64,000 nt of DNA from Candidatus Schekmanbacteria bacterium (GCA_016219965.1 JACRJM010000003.1:130299-194298); one strand, 5' to 3'; shown: positions 7,882 to 18,951, counted from the first letter of the stretch. Translations and numbers: made by a program. The notes: a model not told the origin generated them from the letters alone.

Positions 7882-10629
7882 ATGGCATTAAATATAGAAA
7901 AAATAAATGAGATTGTTAATCAGCTTTCAATATCTTTGATTTCTGAAAACGGCAATTTTTTTTCTATTCCGCAAGTTAAAGCAGAAATAATAGAACTTCT
8001 AGAGTTACTCAATGCAGGCACTACCCCTGAGCTGTCAAATATATGCAATGAGATTAACGCAGTTATTCAGAAAGCTTCAGAATGTAAGAGTAATAAAAAT
8101 ATAGGTGATCCGACAAAAAGAATTTCAGAACTATTAATAAGTCTTCAGAATCTGATTCTCTCAACTCCACACCGGTCAGACAGCGATATATCTAAAAAGA
8201 ACACTCAATCATCTGGAGAGCCACATTTTGCCGTTCCAGAACATCAAAAAAAGGATGAAGAGATGCTTAATATACCTGATGACGAAAGAGAAATTTATGG
8301 AGATTTTGTTACAGAGAGTCTTGAACATATCCAACAGATAGAAAAAGGAATATTGGAACTTGAGAACAACAGTGCTGATGCAGAGATAATCAACAGTATG
8401 TTCCGTTGTTTTCATTCCATTAAGGGAAATTCCGGTTTTTTAAATCTTAAAGTGATGAACAATTTATCTCATAAGTGTGAGGGACTCCTTGACAAGCTCA
8501 GAAGCAAAAAAATGAACTATACTGAAGAGATTACAGATATTGTTCTTGAAGCAATTGACATTCTCAAGGGTATGCTCGGTGATATTGGTGCTGCGGTTCG
8601 CGATAAGCAACCGCTTAATTGTCACTATGAAATTGAAACATTTCTACAAAAAATAGAAGATGTTAAAAATCCTATCATTACTAAGGATGTCACTAAACCA
8701 TCAGATGTAAATAAATCTGATTCTGCTGAGATTAAACAACCCCAGGAGGCCACTTGTGATGAATTCAATGTTAACTCTTTAGTTAATAGGGAAGAGGAAG
8801 AGTTTATTCATCTTCCAGAGGACTCTGATATTAGCCTGATTGGTGAATTTATAACAGAAAGCAATGATAATATAGCTGGTGCTGAGGCCGCTCTTCTTTC
8901 TCTTGAAACTCAACCTGACGACATGGAAGCAGTTAACACATGCTTTCGAGCTTTTCATACAATGAAGGGAACTGCCGGTTTTATTGGCATAAAACCTATG
9001 GCAGAATTTGCTCATCACGCTGAATCACTTCTCAGTCGTATCCGTGACCGCAAAATCTCCTATACTCCCGGATATGCAGATCTGGCACTGCGTTCGATAG
9101 ATATGTTCAAGGAATTAATACAATCCCTACAGACTGTCTTAGGAGGAGAAACTGCAAGTAAACCTTCAGGCTACACTGAATTAATTCATGATTTAATGAA
9201 CCCTGAATCTGTCACTGCAAAGAATTCTATGCCAGAGATTGTCACTCCAAGGCTCGGAGATATTCTTGTTGCTGATGGAAAGGCTGACCGGAATGAAGTC
9301 GAAAAGGCTGCGTCATCTAAGAGCGAAGAACCAATAGGAGTAAAATTGGTAAAAAATGGCGCTGCATCCCTTCAGGATGTTGCAGGTGCCATACGTAAAC
9401 AACAATCTACTGCTGCTGGTGACAGCAACATTTCGGATACATCTGTACGAGTCAGGACAGACCGTCTTGACCGTCTCATAGATATGGTGGGTGAGCTTGT
9501 AATATCTCAGTCTATGGTTTCGCAGGATATAAGTGTAGCAGGCAATGGCTATCATGAGTTGTCAAAGAAAATTTCTCATACAGGAAAAATAGTAAGAGAG
9601 TTGCAGGATCTAACTATGTCAATGAGAATGGTGCCTCTTAAACCCACTTTCCAGAAAATGACACGACTCATAAGGGATCTTTCACGTAAGAGCGGAAAGA
9701 TTGTCAATTTCATTACACAGGGTGATGATACCGAGATAGACAGGAATATGGTTGATGTCATTAACGATCCTCTTGTACATATGCTTCGCAATGCTGCGGA
9801 CCATGGTGTTGAGTTGCCGGAAATCAGGGAAAAGAATGGGAAAGCAAAAGAAGGGACTATTTCTCTCTCAGCATACCATTCAGGCGGAAATGTTGTGATT
9901 GAAATTAAGGATGACGGCAAAGGAATTGACAGGGAAAAGGTAATTAAAAAAGCTGTTGCTGCCGGTCTTATTGACCCGGGGAAAAATCTGTCTGACAGCG
10001 AGGTGTTTAACCTTATATTTGAACCAGGCTTTTCTACAGCAGATAAAGTAACGGATATTTCGGGCAGAGGAGTTGGGATGGATGTAGTTAAGCGAGGAGT
10101 AGAGTCATTAAGGGGAAAGATTAATCTGACATCAGTTGCAGGCAAGGGAAGTACTTTTTCCATGTATCTGCCGCTCACAATGGCAATAACTGACGGTATG
10201 CTTGTTAAAGTAGGAAGCGAACGCTATCTCATTCCTACAGTGAATATTTCCATGAGTTTTAGACCTGATGCCAAACTCCTTTTTACGGTTGGTGAAAAAG
10301 GAGAAATTGTAATGCTTCGCGACAATCCTGTTCCAATATTCCGATTGCACAGTCTGTTTGGGATTAAAGGCGCAGTTGAAAATCCTTTAGAAGCATTGCT
10401 TGTTATCATAGATGACGGAAATCAACAGAATGCACTTCTTGTTGATGAATTATTGGGTCAGCATCAGGTTGTGGCAAAACCGCTGGGTAACTGGTTAGGA
10501 CAGATCCCCGGAGTATCTGGTGGCGCAATCCTGGGAGATGGACATGTCGGATTAATTCTTGACTCATCAGATCTTATTGCGGCGGCAAAACAAAATAGTA
10601 CTGCAAGTGATTGCAGATATGCAGCATAG
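7882..10629 (+). CDS. cheA: Chemotaxis histidine kinase CheA with two Hpt domains
   Basis: FRCFHSIKG and FRAFHTMKG; VRVRTDRLDRLIDMVGELVI dimerization domain; HMLRNAADHG, DDGKG, FEPGFSTA, SGRGVGMDVV; C-terminal CheW-like domain. Confidence 0.95.
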   Translation: MALNIEKINEIVNQLSISLISENGNFFSIPQVKAEIIELLELLNAGTTPELSNICNEINAVIQKASECKSNKNIGDPTKRISELLISLQNLILSTPHRSDSDISKKNTQSSGEPHFAVPEHQKKDEEMLNIPDDEREIYGDFVTESLEHIQQIEKGILELENNSADAEIINSMFRCFHSIKGNSGFLNLKVMNNLSHKCEGLLDKLRSKKMNYTEEITDIVLEAIDILKGMLGDIGAAVRDKQPLNCHYEIETFLQKIEDVKNPIITKDVTKPSDVNKSDSAEIKQPQEATCDEFNVNSLVNREEEEFIHLPEDSDISLIGEFITESNDNIAGAEAALLSLETQPDDMEAVNTCFRAFHTMKGTAGFIGIKPMAEFAHHAESLLSRIRDRKISYTPGYADLALRSIDMFKELIQSLQTVLGGETASKPSGYTELIHDLMNPESVTAKNSMPEIVTPRLGDILVADGKADRNEVEKAASSKSEEPIGVKLVKNGAASLQDVAGAIRKQQSTAAGDSNISDTSVRVRTDRLDRLIDMVGELVISQSMVSQDISVAGNGYHELSKKISHTGKIVRELQDLTMSMRMVPLKPTFQKMTRLIRDLSRKSGKIVNFITQGDDTEIDRNMVDVINDPLVHMLRNAADHGVELPEIREKNGKAKEGTISLSAYHSGGNVVIEIKDDGKGIDREKVIKKAVAAGLIDPGKNLSDSEVFNLIFEPGFSTADKVTDISGRGVGMDVVKRGVESLRGKINLTSVAGKGSTFSMYLPLTMAITDGMLVKVGSERYLIPTVNISMSFRPDAKLLFTVGEKGEIVMLRDNPVPIFRLHSLFGIKGAVENPLEALLVIIDDGNQQNALLVDELLGQHQVVAKPLGNWLGQIPGVSGGAILGDGHVGLILDSSDLIAAAKQNSTASDCRYAA

Positions 10630-10669
10630 ATACTTTTTAAAATGACAAAATTTAAAGAGGGAAAGAAAC

Positions 10670-11182
10670 ATGTTAGGTGGAAATGAAGGGATAAATGAAA
10701 ACCGAGATAAGGGATTTAATTCCGAAAAGGCTGCTGGCAAGTCTGGCGAAACAAAGAAATTTCTCAGCTTTTTTCTTGGAACAGAAGAATACGGAATAGA
10801 CATTGTTAGTGTCCACGAGATCATTGGTGTATTACCCATAACTTCAATTCCATACACTTCAAATTTTATCAAGGGTGTAATTAATCTTCGTGGGAAGATA
10901 ATTCCGGTAATTGACTTAAGGCTCAAGTTTGAAATGAGTGAAGCTGAATATACAGAAGAAACATGCATAATAGTTACCCAGTCGGAAAACTTACAAGTTG
11001 GTGTCATCGTAGACAAAGTATCAGAGGTTCTAGATATTTCACCCTCTCAAATTGAGGATGTGCCATCTTTTGGAATAAGAACAAATATTGATTACCTTTT
11101 AGGCATCTGTAACATCAGGGGAGGAGTCAAACTTTTGCTTGATATAGATAATGTACTTTCAAGCAAGGCAGCTTCAGCATAA
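10670..11182 (+). CDS. cheW: CheW coupling protein
   Basis: FLSFFLGTEEYGIDI, GVINLRGKIIPVIDLR, GVIVDKVSEV. Confidence 0.95.
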   Translation: MLGGNEGINENRDKGFNSEKAAGKSGETKKFLSFFLGTEEYGIDIVSVHEIIGVLPITSIPYTSNFIKGVINLRGKIIPVIDLRLKFEMSEAEYTEETCIIVTQSENLQVGVIVDKVSEVLDISPSQIEDVPSFGIRTNIDYLLGICNIRGGVKLLLDIDNVLSSKAASA

Positions 11183-11252
11183 ATACATCGAAACATCTAT
11201 AAAGAATAATTTTGGCAATGAATAAAAATGAATAAAATGGAGGGGAATAGTT

Positions 11253-13736
11253 ATGTTGAATAGAATCAAATCAAGTCTGTCTATTAAAATTTGTACTCTC
11301 GTTGCCAGCGTTTTGACCATAGTGCTCGCGACAACCGGTTATTTCCAGATTAAGGACAAGGAAAGTATGTTTATGAACGACTTAATCGAAGAGTCCTCTA
11401 ACATGACGTCAGTTTTAGATTCATCCCTACATCAGGGAATGATGAAGGCTGATATGGAAGGAATTGACGATGTGTTAAACAAGACAGGCCAGATAAAAAA
11501 AATAAAAAGGGCCTACATACTTTCATCCTCAGGCAAAGTTTTCAAATCTTCAGATAAAACACTGGTTGGGAAAACTGAAGGACAGTCAGCGATTGAAAAG
11601 ATTAAAGGGACAAGGCAGAATTTTTTTGAACTAATGAAAACTTCTGACGGTAATCCTTATGTAATGGGATTAAGCGCAATTTCGACTGAAAAAGGGTGCA
11701 TCGAGTGTCACGCAGAGTTTAAGGAAGGGGAAACAATCGGCTACCTTGGGCTTGATACATGGGCTATAGATAATTTCAAAGATCTTGAGGCGAGCACAAC
11801 AAAGACCGTTCTTTCTTATGCGATTGCCGTTATGCTTCTCCTCGCTACAATAATTTTTATTATCAGGAAGTCTGTAAATCCTATTGTCAATATTTCCAGG
11901 GCCGCCAGCTTAATTTCAAAAGGTGACTTAAATCAGTCAGTAGATTTTCATTCTGATGATGAGGTAGGAGCTCTTGCAAATTCTTTCCGTGAACTCATCG
12001 ATTACATCAAGAAAGTGAGCGATGCAGCAGATCAGTTAAGCAAGGGGAAACTGAAGATTGATATTGAGATGAAAAGTGACAAGGATGAATTAAATAAATC
12101 CTTTCAGCAATTACAGATAACCATGAATAATCTTGTTACAGAAATTGATCAGATGATCCAATGGGCTAAGGATGGAGAACTTCAAAAACGCGGTGATCCA
12201 TCTAAGTTTGAAGGAGGTTATCGCAAATTAATAAAGAGCACAAATGAAATGCTTGATGCGGTAATCGAGCCTGTGAACGACGCCTCCAATGTTCTGGAGC
12301 GAATAGCAGAAAAGGATCTTACGGCGCAGATAACCGGAGACTATAAAGGTGACCATGCTAAGATCAAAAATTCTCTGAACAGAGCTGTTTTCAATCTAAG
12401 CAACGGGCTTGAACAGGTTGCTGTAGGAGCAGACCAGGTTTCATCCGCATCTTCAGAGATAGGAAGCGGAAGCCAGTCGCTGGCTCAGAGTGCGTCTGAA
12501 CAGGCTGGTTCGCTTCAGGAGATATCGAGTAGTTTGCATGAGATAGCATCAATGACAAGACAAAACAGGGAAAATTCCAAAGAGGCAGAAGCCCTTTCTA
12601 GTGCAGCCAAGTCCAGTGCCAATAAGGGTGTAGAAAGCATGAAGCGACTCTCCGATGCCATTAACAAGATTAAGGCATCTTCAGACGAAACTGCAAAGAT
12701 TGTAAAAACCATTGATGAGATAGCATTTCAGACAAATCTTCTTGCCCTAAATGCTGCAGTTGAGGCTGCCAGAGCTGGAGATGCAGGAAAAGGATTTGCC
12801 GTAGTTGCTGAAGAAGTAAGAAATCTTGCAATGAGAAGCGCTGAAGCTGCGAAAAACACTGCTGCCATGATTGAGGGTTCAGTGAAAAAGTCTGAAGATG
12901 GCGTTGTGATCAATAAGGAAGTTTTAGCCAATTTAGAAGAAATAAATGGGAACGTGACTAAAGTCAGTGAGGTTATGTCTGAGATATCTGTCGCATCAGA
13001 GCAGCAAAGTCAGGGGATAGAGCAGCTAAACACTGCTGTGGAGCAGTTAAACCAGGTTACCCAGCATAATGCGTCATATTCAGAGGAATCTGCAAGTGCA
13101 GCACAGGAACTTTCCGGACAGGCATCTGAAATGAAAAATTTAGTTAATAGCTTTAAACTTGGAAAGTTTAGCAACAACGATAGTACTGATATGGAAAATA
13201 ATAGTAGAAGACTACGCACAACAGGGACAAGAACTGTAAGCGCAATGCCGGAACACCGAAAAACAGGAAGCTCTGCCAGCTCATCTGTTGACTTTTCTTC
13301 AGCAAGAACCAAGCACAGACTCTGGATTACAAGACTCAGGTCTTTTTTAGACGGCAAGGAATCGCTTACTGAGCAACAGATTGTCTCACATAAGGACTGT
13401 GACCTTGGAAAATGGATCTATGCGGAAGGCATTAAAAAATATGGAAACATTGCCCAGTTCCAGCAGCTTGAAAAAATACATGAGGATTTTCATTCAAAGA
13501 TAAAGACTGTTAAACAGCATAGAGATTCAGGAGATATTCAGCTTGCTGAACAGGCTTTTGATAAAATGATGCCAATCTCTGAACATGTAATTTCTCTGCT
13601 TAATGATATTGAGCAGAAATTAAAATCTCCCAATTCAAGTACTGTTTCTCAACAGGGAGAGATGGAATCAGATGGTTTAGGAAAAATAGTTCCCATGCGT
13701 AATGATATGGAAAAAGCTTTCTTGCAGTCTTTTTAA
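11253..13736 (+). CDS. Methyl-accepting chemotaxis protein: periplasmic CxxCH sensor, HAMP domains, MA domain, C-terminal CZB domain
   Basis: Two TM helices; CIECH; [20 protein letters not shown]; CZB residues HRLW...CDLGKW...HEDFH; C-terminal FLQSF. Confidence 0.93.
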   Translation: MLNRIKSSLSIKICTLVASVLTIVLATTGYFQIKDKESMFMNDLIEESSNMTSVLDSSLHQGMMKADMEGIDDVLNKTGQIKKIKRAYILSSSGKVFKSSDKTLVGKTEGQSAIEKIKGTRQNFFELMKTSDGNPYVMGLSAISTEKGCIECHAEFKEGETIGYLGLDTWAIDNFKDLEASTTKTVLSYAIAVMLLLATIIFIIRKSVNPIVNISRAASLISKGDLNQSVDFHSDDEVGALANSFRELIDYIKKVSDAADQLSKGKLKIDIEMKSDKDELNKSFQQLQITMNNLVTEIDQMIQWAKDGELQKRGDPSKFEGGYRKLIKSTNEMLDAVIEPVNDASNVLERIAEKDLTAQITGDYKGDHAKIKNSLNRAVFNLSNGLEQVAVGADQVSSASSEIGSGSQSLAQSASEQAGSLQEISSSLHEIASMTRQNRENSKEAEALSSAAKSSANKGVESMKRLSDAINKIKASSDETAKIVKTIDEIAFQTNLLALNAAVEAARAGDAGKGFAVVAEEVRNLAMRSAEAAKNTAAMIEGSVKKSEDGVVINKEVLANLEEINGNVTKVSEVMSEISVASEQQSQGIEQLNTAVEQLNQVTQHNASYSEESASAAQELSGQASEMKNLVNSFKLGKFSNNDSTDMENNSRRLRTTGTRTVSAMPEHRKTGSSASSSVDFSSARTKHRLWITRLRSFLDGKESLTEQQIVSHKDCDLGKWIYAEGIKKYGNIAQFQQLEKIHEDFHSKIKTVKQHRDSGDIQLAEQAFDKMMPISEHVISLLNDIEQKLKSPNSSTVSQQGEMESDGLGKIVPMRNDMEKAFLQSF

Positions 13737-13798
13737 TGCTTAACGCTGTGTAACTATTTTGACTGGAATATTTTTCTGGGGACTTTTGGAGGAAAAAA

Positions 13799-14650
13799 AT
13801 GAGCAATATTTCCGCAAACGAAACTGCACACAGTATTGCAACTTTTCATCTCAAAGAAGCCGAGTTTAAAAAAATTTGCAGGATCGTATACAGTGTATGC
13901 GGAATAGATCTGCACGAAGGGAAGGAAGAACTGGTAAAATCGCGCCTTTCTAAGCGCCTCAGGGCTTTGAATATAAATAGCTTTGAGAATTATCTTACTT
14001 TTATTGAAAAAGAGCCTTCAAAAAAAGAATTAAATTATATGGTAGATATATTGACTACCAATAAAACATATTTTTTCCGGGAATCTCAGCACTTTGACCT
14101 TCTTAAACAAAAAGTCATTCCAAAACTTGATCATTCAAAAATCAGGTTCTGGAGTGCAGGGTGTTCGTCCGGAGAAGAACCATACACTCTTTCCATTCTT
14201 TTAAGGGAAGAAATACCTGATATTGATAAAATTGATGTAAAAATTCTTGCTACAGATATATCCTCAAGGGTTCTCGAAAAAGCAAATTCAGCAGTTTATG
14301 AAAAAGAAGCCTTCAATGATCTTCCTCAGGCATATTTAAGAAAATATTTCACCAGCGTTGGATCTAACTCGCATCAGTCTTTCCGTGTAAATGAGAACAT
14401 AATGAAAACAGTTTATTTTGCACAGCTAAATCTCATGGAACAGTGGCCCATGGCAGGAAAGTTTGATGTCATATTTTGCAGGAATGTTATGATTTATTTT
14501 GACAGACCTACCAGAGAAAAACTGATTAACCGTTTTTGGGATTACTTAGTTCCCGGAGGATATCTTTTTGTAGGACATTCTGAAAGCCTCACAGGACTTT
14601 CGCATCAATTTGGTTATGTTCAGCCAGCGGTTTATATTAAATCCAATTAA
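13799..14650 (+). CDS. cheR: Chemotaxis methyltransferase CheR
   Basis: TTNKTYFFRE, WSAGCSSGEEPY, ATDIS, FCRNVMIYFD, GHSESL. Confidence 0.95.
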   Translation: MSNISANETAHSIATFHLKEAEFKKICRIVYSVCGIDLHEGKEELVKSRLSKRLRALNINSFENYLTFIEKEPSKKELNYMVDILTTNKTYFFRESQHFDLLKQKVIPKLDHSKIRFWSAGCSSGEEPYTLSILLREEIPDIDKIDVKILATDISSRVLEKANSAVYEKEAFNDLPQAYLRKYFTSVGSNSHQSFRVNENIMKTVYFAQLNLMEQWPMAGKFDVIFCRNVMIYFDRPTREKLINRFWDYLVPGGYLFVGHSESLTGLSHQFGYVQPAVYIKSN

Positions 14651-14672
14651 AATAAAGATATGAGGTTTTGTA

Positions 14673-15197
14673 GTGATATATACTGTTGGCATTGCTGATA
14701 TGAAGATTTCGACTCAACATTCTGACATTATAATTACCTATGCTCTTGGAAGTTGTCTTGGAATTACAATTCATGACCCTGTGGCCTGCGTAGGTGCTAT
14801 GCTTCATATCATGCTACCTACTTCTTCAATAGACATACAAAAGGCAGCACAGAATCCCTGCATGTTTGTAGATACAGGAGTGCCCAAACTTTTTAATGAT
14901 TGTTACAAGTTTGGAGCGCGCAAAGAAAGACTTGTCGTGACAGTTGCCGGAGGCGCAAGTCCATTAAGCGTATCCGGGAATGATCATTTTCAGATTGGCA
15001 ACAGGAACTTTATAACATTAAGAAAACTTCTCTGGCATAATGGAGCGCTGCTTAAAGCATATGACGTCGGTGGAACAGTTGCTCGTACCATGTCTCTTGA
15101 GATAGGGACGGGCAAAGTAGTTGTGAAACATAGTGGCGGCGAAACAAAAGTAATTAACATTGACGTCGAAGATTGCAACGTCGGAAGGAGAAATTAA
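14673..15197 (+). CDS. cheD: Chemoreceptor glutamine deamidase CheD
   Basis: TYALGSCLGI, MLHIMLP, FVDTGVP, IGNRN, DVGG. Confidence 0.93.
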   Translation: MIYTVGIADMKISTQHSDIIITYALGSCLGITIHDPVACVGAMLHIMLPTSSIDIQKAAQNPCMFVDTGVPKLFNDCYKFGARKERLVVTVAGGASPLSVSGNDHFQIGNRNFITLRKLLWHNGALLKAYDVGGTVARTMSLEIGTGKVVVKHSGGETKVINIDVEDCNVGRRN

Positions 15198-15202
15198 CCT
15201 TT

Positions 15203-15592
15203 ATGCTAAACATACTGATTGTAGACGACAGCGCAGTTATGCGTGCAATGATAATCAAGACATTTAAGCTTTGTGGTATTCCCTTTGGTGAAATAATGGA
15301 AGCTTCAAACGGAAAAGAAGGGATAGATGTTATTGACACCAAGTGGGTTGACCTCATTCTTGCTGATATCAATATGCCGGTTATGAATGGCATAGAGATG
15401 ATAGATAAAATACAAAAAAATCCTCAAACTGCAGATACTCCCATAATAGTGATATCAACGGAAAGCAGCCAACCCAGGATAGAAGCCCTCAAAAACAAGG
15501 GCGTACACTTTGTAAAAAAACCATTTACTCCTGAAATTCTGAGAGAAACCATTACAAATATTATAGGAATAAAATTCAATGGAAAAGATTGA
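15203..15592 (+). CDS. cheY: CheY-like response regulator (start revised to ATG 15203)
   Basis: VDDS, DINMPVMNG, ISTE, KPF; SD AAGGAG upstream of ATG 15203, which avoids overlap with cheD. Confidence 0.9.
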   Translation: MLNILIVDDSAVMRAMIIKTFKLCGIPFGEIMEASNGKEGIDVIDTKWVDLILADINMPVMNGIEMIDKIQKNPQTADTPIIVISTESSQPRIEALKNKGVHFVKKPFTPEILRETITNIIGIKFNGKD

Positions 15593-16049
15593 AAATATAT
15601 TACTGAATGCGGCTACTAATGCTTTTGAACAGTTATGCTTCATGTTTAGTTCTCCTGATGATGAAGATACTGAAAAAAATTTACGTACCTGGGTAGCGTC
15701 GATTGTGAATTTTTCCGGCCCATTTTCTGGTAAATTAATTGTAAGAGCGCACAAAGGGTTGCTTAATGTAATTGCTTCAAACATGCTGGGGGAAGAGGCA
15801 TCAACAGCCAAACAACAGATAGATGCGCTTGGGGAAGTTTCAAATGTCATATGCGGAAGCGTTCTCCCTCAGATTGCCGGAGTAGCAGAGGTTTTTAATC
15901 TTGAAGCTCCGAAAATTCTTCAAAATTCTGAACCTGTATCACCTCAAAATGGAGAAAAAATGGTCTTTGTCAGCATGACTTTGGATGAGGGACGAGTTGA
16001 ATTACAACTTTTCATTAAAGAGGGATTAGAGCTTTTAAAGGAGGTCTAA
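15579..16049 (+). CDS. cheX: CheX family phosphatase
   Basis: FSGPFSG, DALGEVSNVICG (ExxN) motif. Confidence 0.85.
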   Translation: MEKIENILLNAATNAFEQLCFMFSSPDDEDTEKNLRTWVASIVNFSGPFSGKLIVRAHKGLLNVIASNMLGEEASTAKQQIDALGEVSNVICGSVLPQIAGVAEVFNLEAPKILQNSEPVSPQNGEKMVFVSMTLDEGRVELQLFIKEGLELLKEV

Positions 16050-16050
16050 T

Positions 16051-17112
16051 GTGATCCGTGTACTGGTCGTAGACGATTCAGCGGTTGTAAGGAAAGTATT
16101 GACTGAAGAACTTTCCAAATATGAAGGGATTGAAGTTGTCGGAAGTGCAATAGATCCATATATTGCTCGTGAAAAAATCATCAGCCTTCGTCCTGATGTC
16201 ATAACCCTTGATTTGGAAATGCCAAGGATGGATGGCTTATCGTTTCTTTCAAAGTTAATGAAATTTTATCCATTACCTGTCATAGTTGTAAGTTCTCTTA
16301 CACCTGAAAACAGCGCTACCGCGATTAAGGCTCTTGAACTTGGAGCAATTGATGTAATATGTAAACCTGGTTCTGCTTATTCCATACCCAATGTATCTCA
16401 TCGTTTAGTAACTGCCATACGTGCTGCCGCAACTGCCAAAGTTGTCAAAATGCAGGATGTTAGCGAGAGCCAATCTTCTGTTGCATCGATAAGCGGATTT
16501 CAGCTTCAAACTACACATAGAATTATAGCTATTGGAGCATCAACTGGAGGAACAAAGGCAATAGAAGCTGTTCTGACTAAATTGCCTCCTACAACGCCAG
16601 GTATAGTTATAGTGCAACACATGCCTGAATATTTTACCGCAGGATTCGCAGAAAGACTTAACCAGATATGCAGAATGGAGGTAAGGGAGGCCAAGAACAA
16701 TGACCCTGTTGTACCGGGCGTTGTTCTGATTGCACCGGGTAATTACCATATGGTTTTGGAAAAATCAGGTGCTCGTTATTTCGTAAAGATAAAAGATGGC
16801 CCCTATGTCCACTATCAGCGTCCAAGCGTGGATGTACTGTTCCATTCTGTTGCAGCTAATGCCGGAAGAAATGCAGTCGGCGCCATTTTAACAGGAATGG
16901 GGGCTGATGGAGCTCAGGGACTTTTGAAAATGAGAGAAAACGGAGCACATACTATTGCTCAAGATGAACAATCATGTGTTGTCTTTGGAATGCCAAAAGA
17001 AGCTATAAATCTTGGGGCAGCTGATGAAATAGTTCCACTGCAGGACGTAGCACAGGCATTACTAAATGCCCTGGTTGATAACGATAATATAAGACAGGTT
17101 AAGACAGCCTGA
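16051..17112 (+). CDS. cheB: Chemotaxis methylesterase CheB (REC + CheB)
   Basis: Receiver TLDLEMP; GASTGG, QHMP, RPSVDVLF, LTGMGADG, FGMP. Confidence 0.97.
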   Translation: MIRVLVVDDSAVVRKVLTEELSKYEGIEVVGSAIDPYIAREKIISLRPDVITLDLEMPRMDGLSFLSKLMKFYPLPVIVVSSLTPENSATAIKALELGAIDVICKPGSAYSIPNVSHRLVTAIRAAATAKVVKMQDVSESQSSVASISGFQLQTTHRIIAIGASTGGTKAIEAVLTKLPPTTPGIVIVQHMPEYFTAGFAERLNQICRMEVREAKNNDPVVPGVVLIAPGNYHMVLEKSGARYFVKIKDGPYVHYQRPSVDVLFHSVAANAGRNAVGAILTGMGADGAQGLLKMRENGAHTIAQDEQSCVVFGMPKEAINLGAADEIVPLQDVAQALLNALVDNDNIRQVKTA

Positions 17113-17190
17113 GAAGTAAAATATGTTTAAAAACTACAATAATGCGGAATGTAGCATGTATACCACTATATTCAAAGGAGGTAAAAAACC

Positions 17191-18045
17191 ATGAGCAGAC
17201 TTGATGAAATCATGGAGAAAGTAGATAAGTTACCTCCTTTTTCGAATGTTGTTGGCAGGGCAGCAGCCTTATTCAGCAACCCTGAAATAGAGCCAGAAGA
17301 AATAGTAGATGTAATTAAATTTGAACCTGCCATTACTGCAAACGTCCTGAAAATATGTAATTCTGCTTATTATGGCCTTATGAGAAAAGTAAGTTCCCTC
17401 AAGGAAGCAGCAACATATCTCGGGACCGAAGAACTCCTGAAAATTGCACTGGCAAACGGCATGGCTGATGTATTGAAAGACAATATAAAGGGCTATGATC
17501 TTAAAGAAGGGGAACTCTTTAAACATTCTATCGGATGTGCAATAGCATCCCAGTTGTTATCAAAAAAACTTTTTGTTCAGAATTCGAATATACTTTTTAC
17601 AGGATCTCTTTTGCATGATATCGGCAAGCTCATCTTAAGTGAATTTGTAAATGAGGAATACAATAATATACATAGGATGGTTGTTGAAAAACAATGTTCA
17701 TTCATAGAGGCTGAACGAGAGATACTTAACACAGATCATGCGGAGATAGGTGGTTTTTTAGCTGATGAGTGGAAATTTCCTGAGGAGCTCAAGGCAATAA
17801 TAAAATATCATCATGAGCCTGCAAAAGGCCCTGAATCGCAGCAACAGAATATCGAAATAGTTCATGTAAGCGATCTGTTGTGTCTTATATCCGGGATAGG
17901 GATAGGATCTGATGGTATGGCTTACAGGGCATCGCTCCAGCAAATTAACATTATAAAGCTTATTGACAGTAGCCTTGAATCACTTATATGCGACCTTATT
18001 ACAGAACTTGAGAAAGTGAGTACTTCATACAATCTCAGCAATTGA
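17191..18045 (+). CDS. HDOD domain protein
   Basis: LPPF...P.I.ANVLKICNSAYYG, LLHDIGK, DHAEIG...W.FPEE...YHH. Confidence 0.9.
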   Translation: MSRLDEIMEKVDKLPPFSNVVGRAAALFSNPEIEPEEIVDVIKFEPAITANVLKICNSAYYGLMRKVSSLKEAATYLGTEELLKIALANGMADVLKDNIKGYDLKEGELFKHSIGCAIASQLLSKKLFVQNSNILFTGSLLHDIGKLILSEFVNEEYNNIHRMVVEKQCSFIEAEREILNTDHAEIGGFLADEWKFPEELKAIIKYHHEPAKGPESQQQNIEIVHVSDLLCLISGIGIGSDGMAYRASLQQINIIKLIDSSLESLICDLITELEKVSTSYNLSN

Positions 18046-18063
18046 GCTGTTAACCGGATTTTT

Positions 18064-18951
18064 TTACTCTGGAAATCCCTCTACTTCTCTGCAGAACTCG
18101 TTGGCTCTTAGTCCCTGGGTCCTTACTAAATTTATCATATCAATTCTTTTTTGCGTAAACCATGCTTCACGCAAAGGCCTGTCGGATATGTTTGAGACCG
18201 GATCCACCCATGCTCCAGCTTCACAAGGACAAAGTATAATATTCCCGTCAGTGGTAATTGACATTTCGTTTTCTATGAAATAACAACTTCTGGAATCAGG
18301 TACGCAGGGAATTGCCTCTTTGTCTAAATCACCGCCTCTTAAACGATATGAAGGGAACTGTACCTTTTTTATCCCCAGCTCGTTAAAGAACTTTTTAAAT
18401 TCCTCCCATCCTTCTGAAACCGTAATGGGAAGCTGTATTTTGGAAATCCAGACCTCTGCCGTTGAACCGGTCTTATGTTTGATATCCATAAACCTTTCTA
18501 CATTCTCCAATACCACACTTAACGGCAGGCCTCTTATGTATTTATATAACTCGTGGTTTAACGTATCAATGGAAAAAACTATTATGTCTGTATTACTTTC
18601 GAGGAGCCTGTAAGCTCTTTCCTCGTTGAGCAGATAACCTGTTGTTGTTATCCAGTTTGCAATCCCTTTGCTATTAGCCCTTTTCATAAAGCCGTATATC
18701 CTGTCGTCACAAAGGGGATCGTTAATCCACTCCCAGTTTATAAAACACTCCCAGTCAATCTCGTCCAGGATCTTATCGATCATCCAGTCAGGCATCAGCT
18801 TGTTCTTGCGTGTTTGAAGAACCTTGCTTCTGGGGCACATTATGCAGTTAGCCGGACACTGAGTTGTCGTCTCAATGGAAAAGTATGCCGGAAGATGAAG
18901 TCCTTCCCATACGTCCTGACCTGGGTAACGGAGAATAGCGTTCTCAGCCAA
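18064..18951 (-). CDS. Radical SAM protein with SPASM/twitch C-terminal domain
   Basis: ETTTQCPANCIMCP; C-terminal C...ITTDGNIILCPC...NI....L.EAW...C. Confidence 0.85.
   Translation of the reverse strand: MAENAILRYPGQDVWEGLHLPAYFSIETTTQCPANCIMCPRSKVLQTRKNKLMPDWMIDKILDEIDWECFINWEWINDPLCDDRIYGFMKRANSKGIANWITTTGYLLNEERAYRLLESNTDIIVFSIDTLNHELYKYIRGLPLSVVLENVERFMDIKHKTGSTAEVWISKIQLPITVSEGWEEFKKFFNELGIKKVQFPSYRLRGGDLDKEAIPCVPDSRSCYFIENEMSITTDGNIILCPCEAGAWVDPVSNISDRPLREAWFTQKRIDMINLVRTQGLRANEFCREVEGFPE

Noticed and set aside
15173-15202. cheD/cheY overlap as a frameshift or recoding signal
   Set aside because: Resolved by the SD-supported ATG at 15203.
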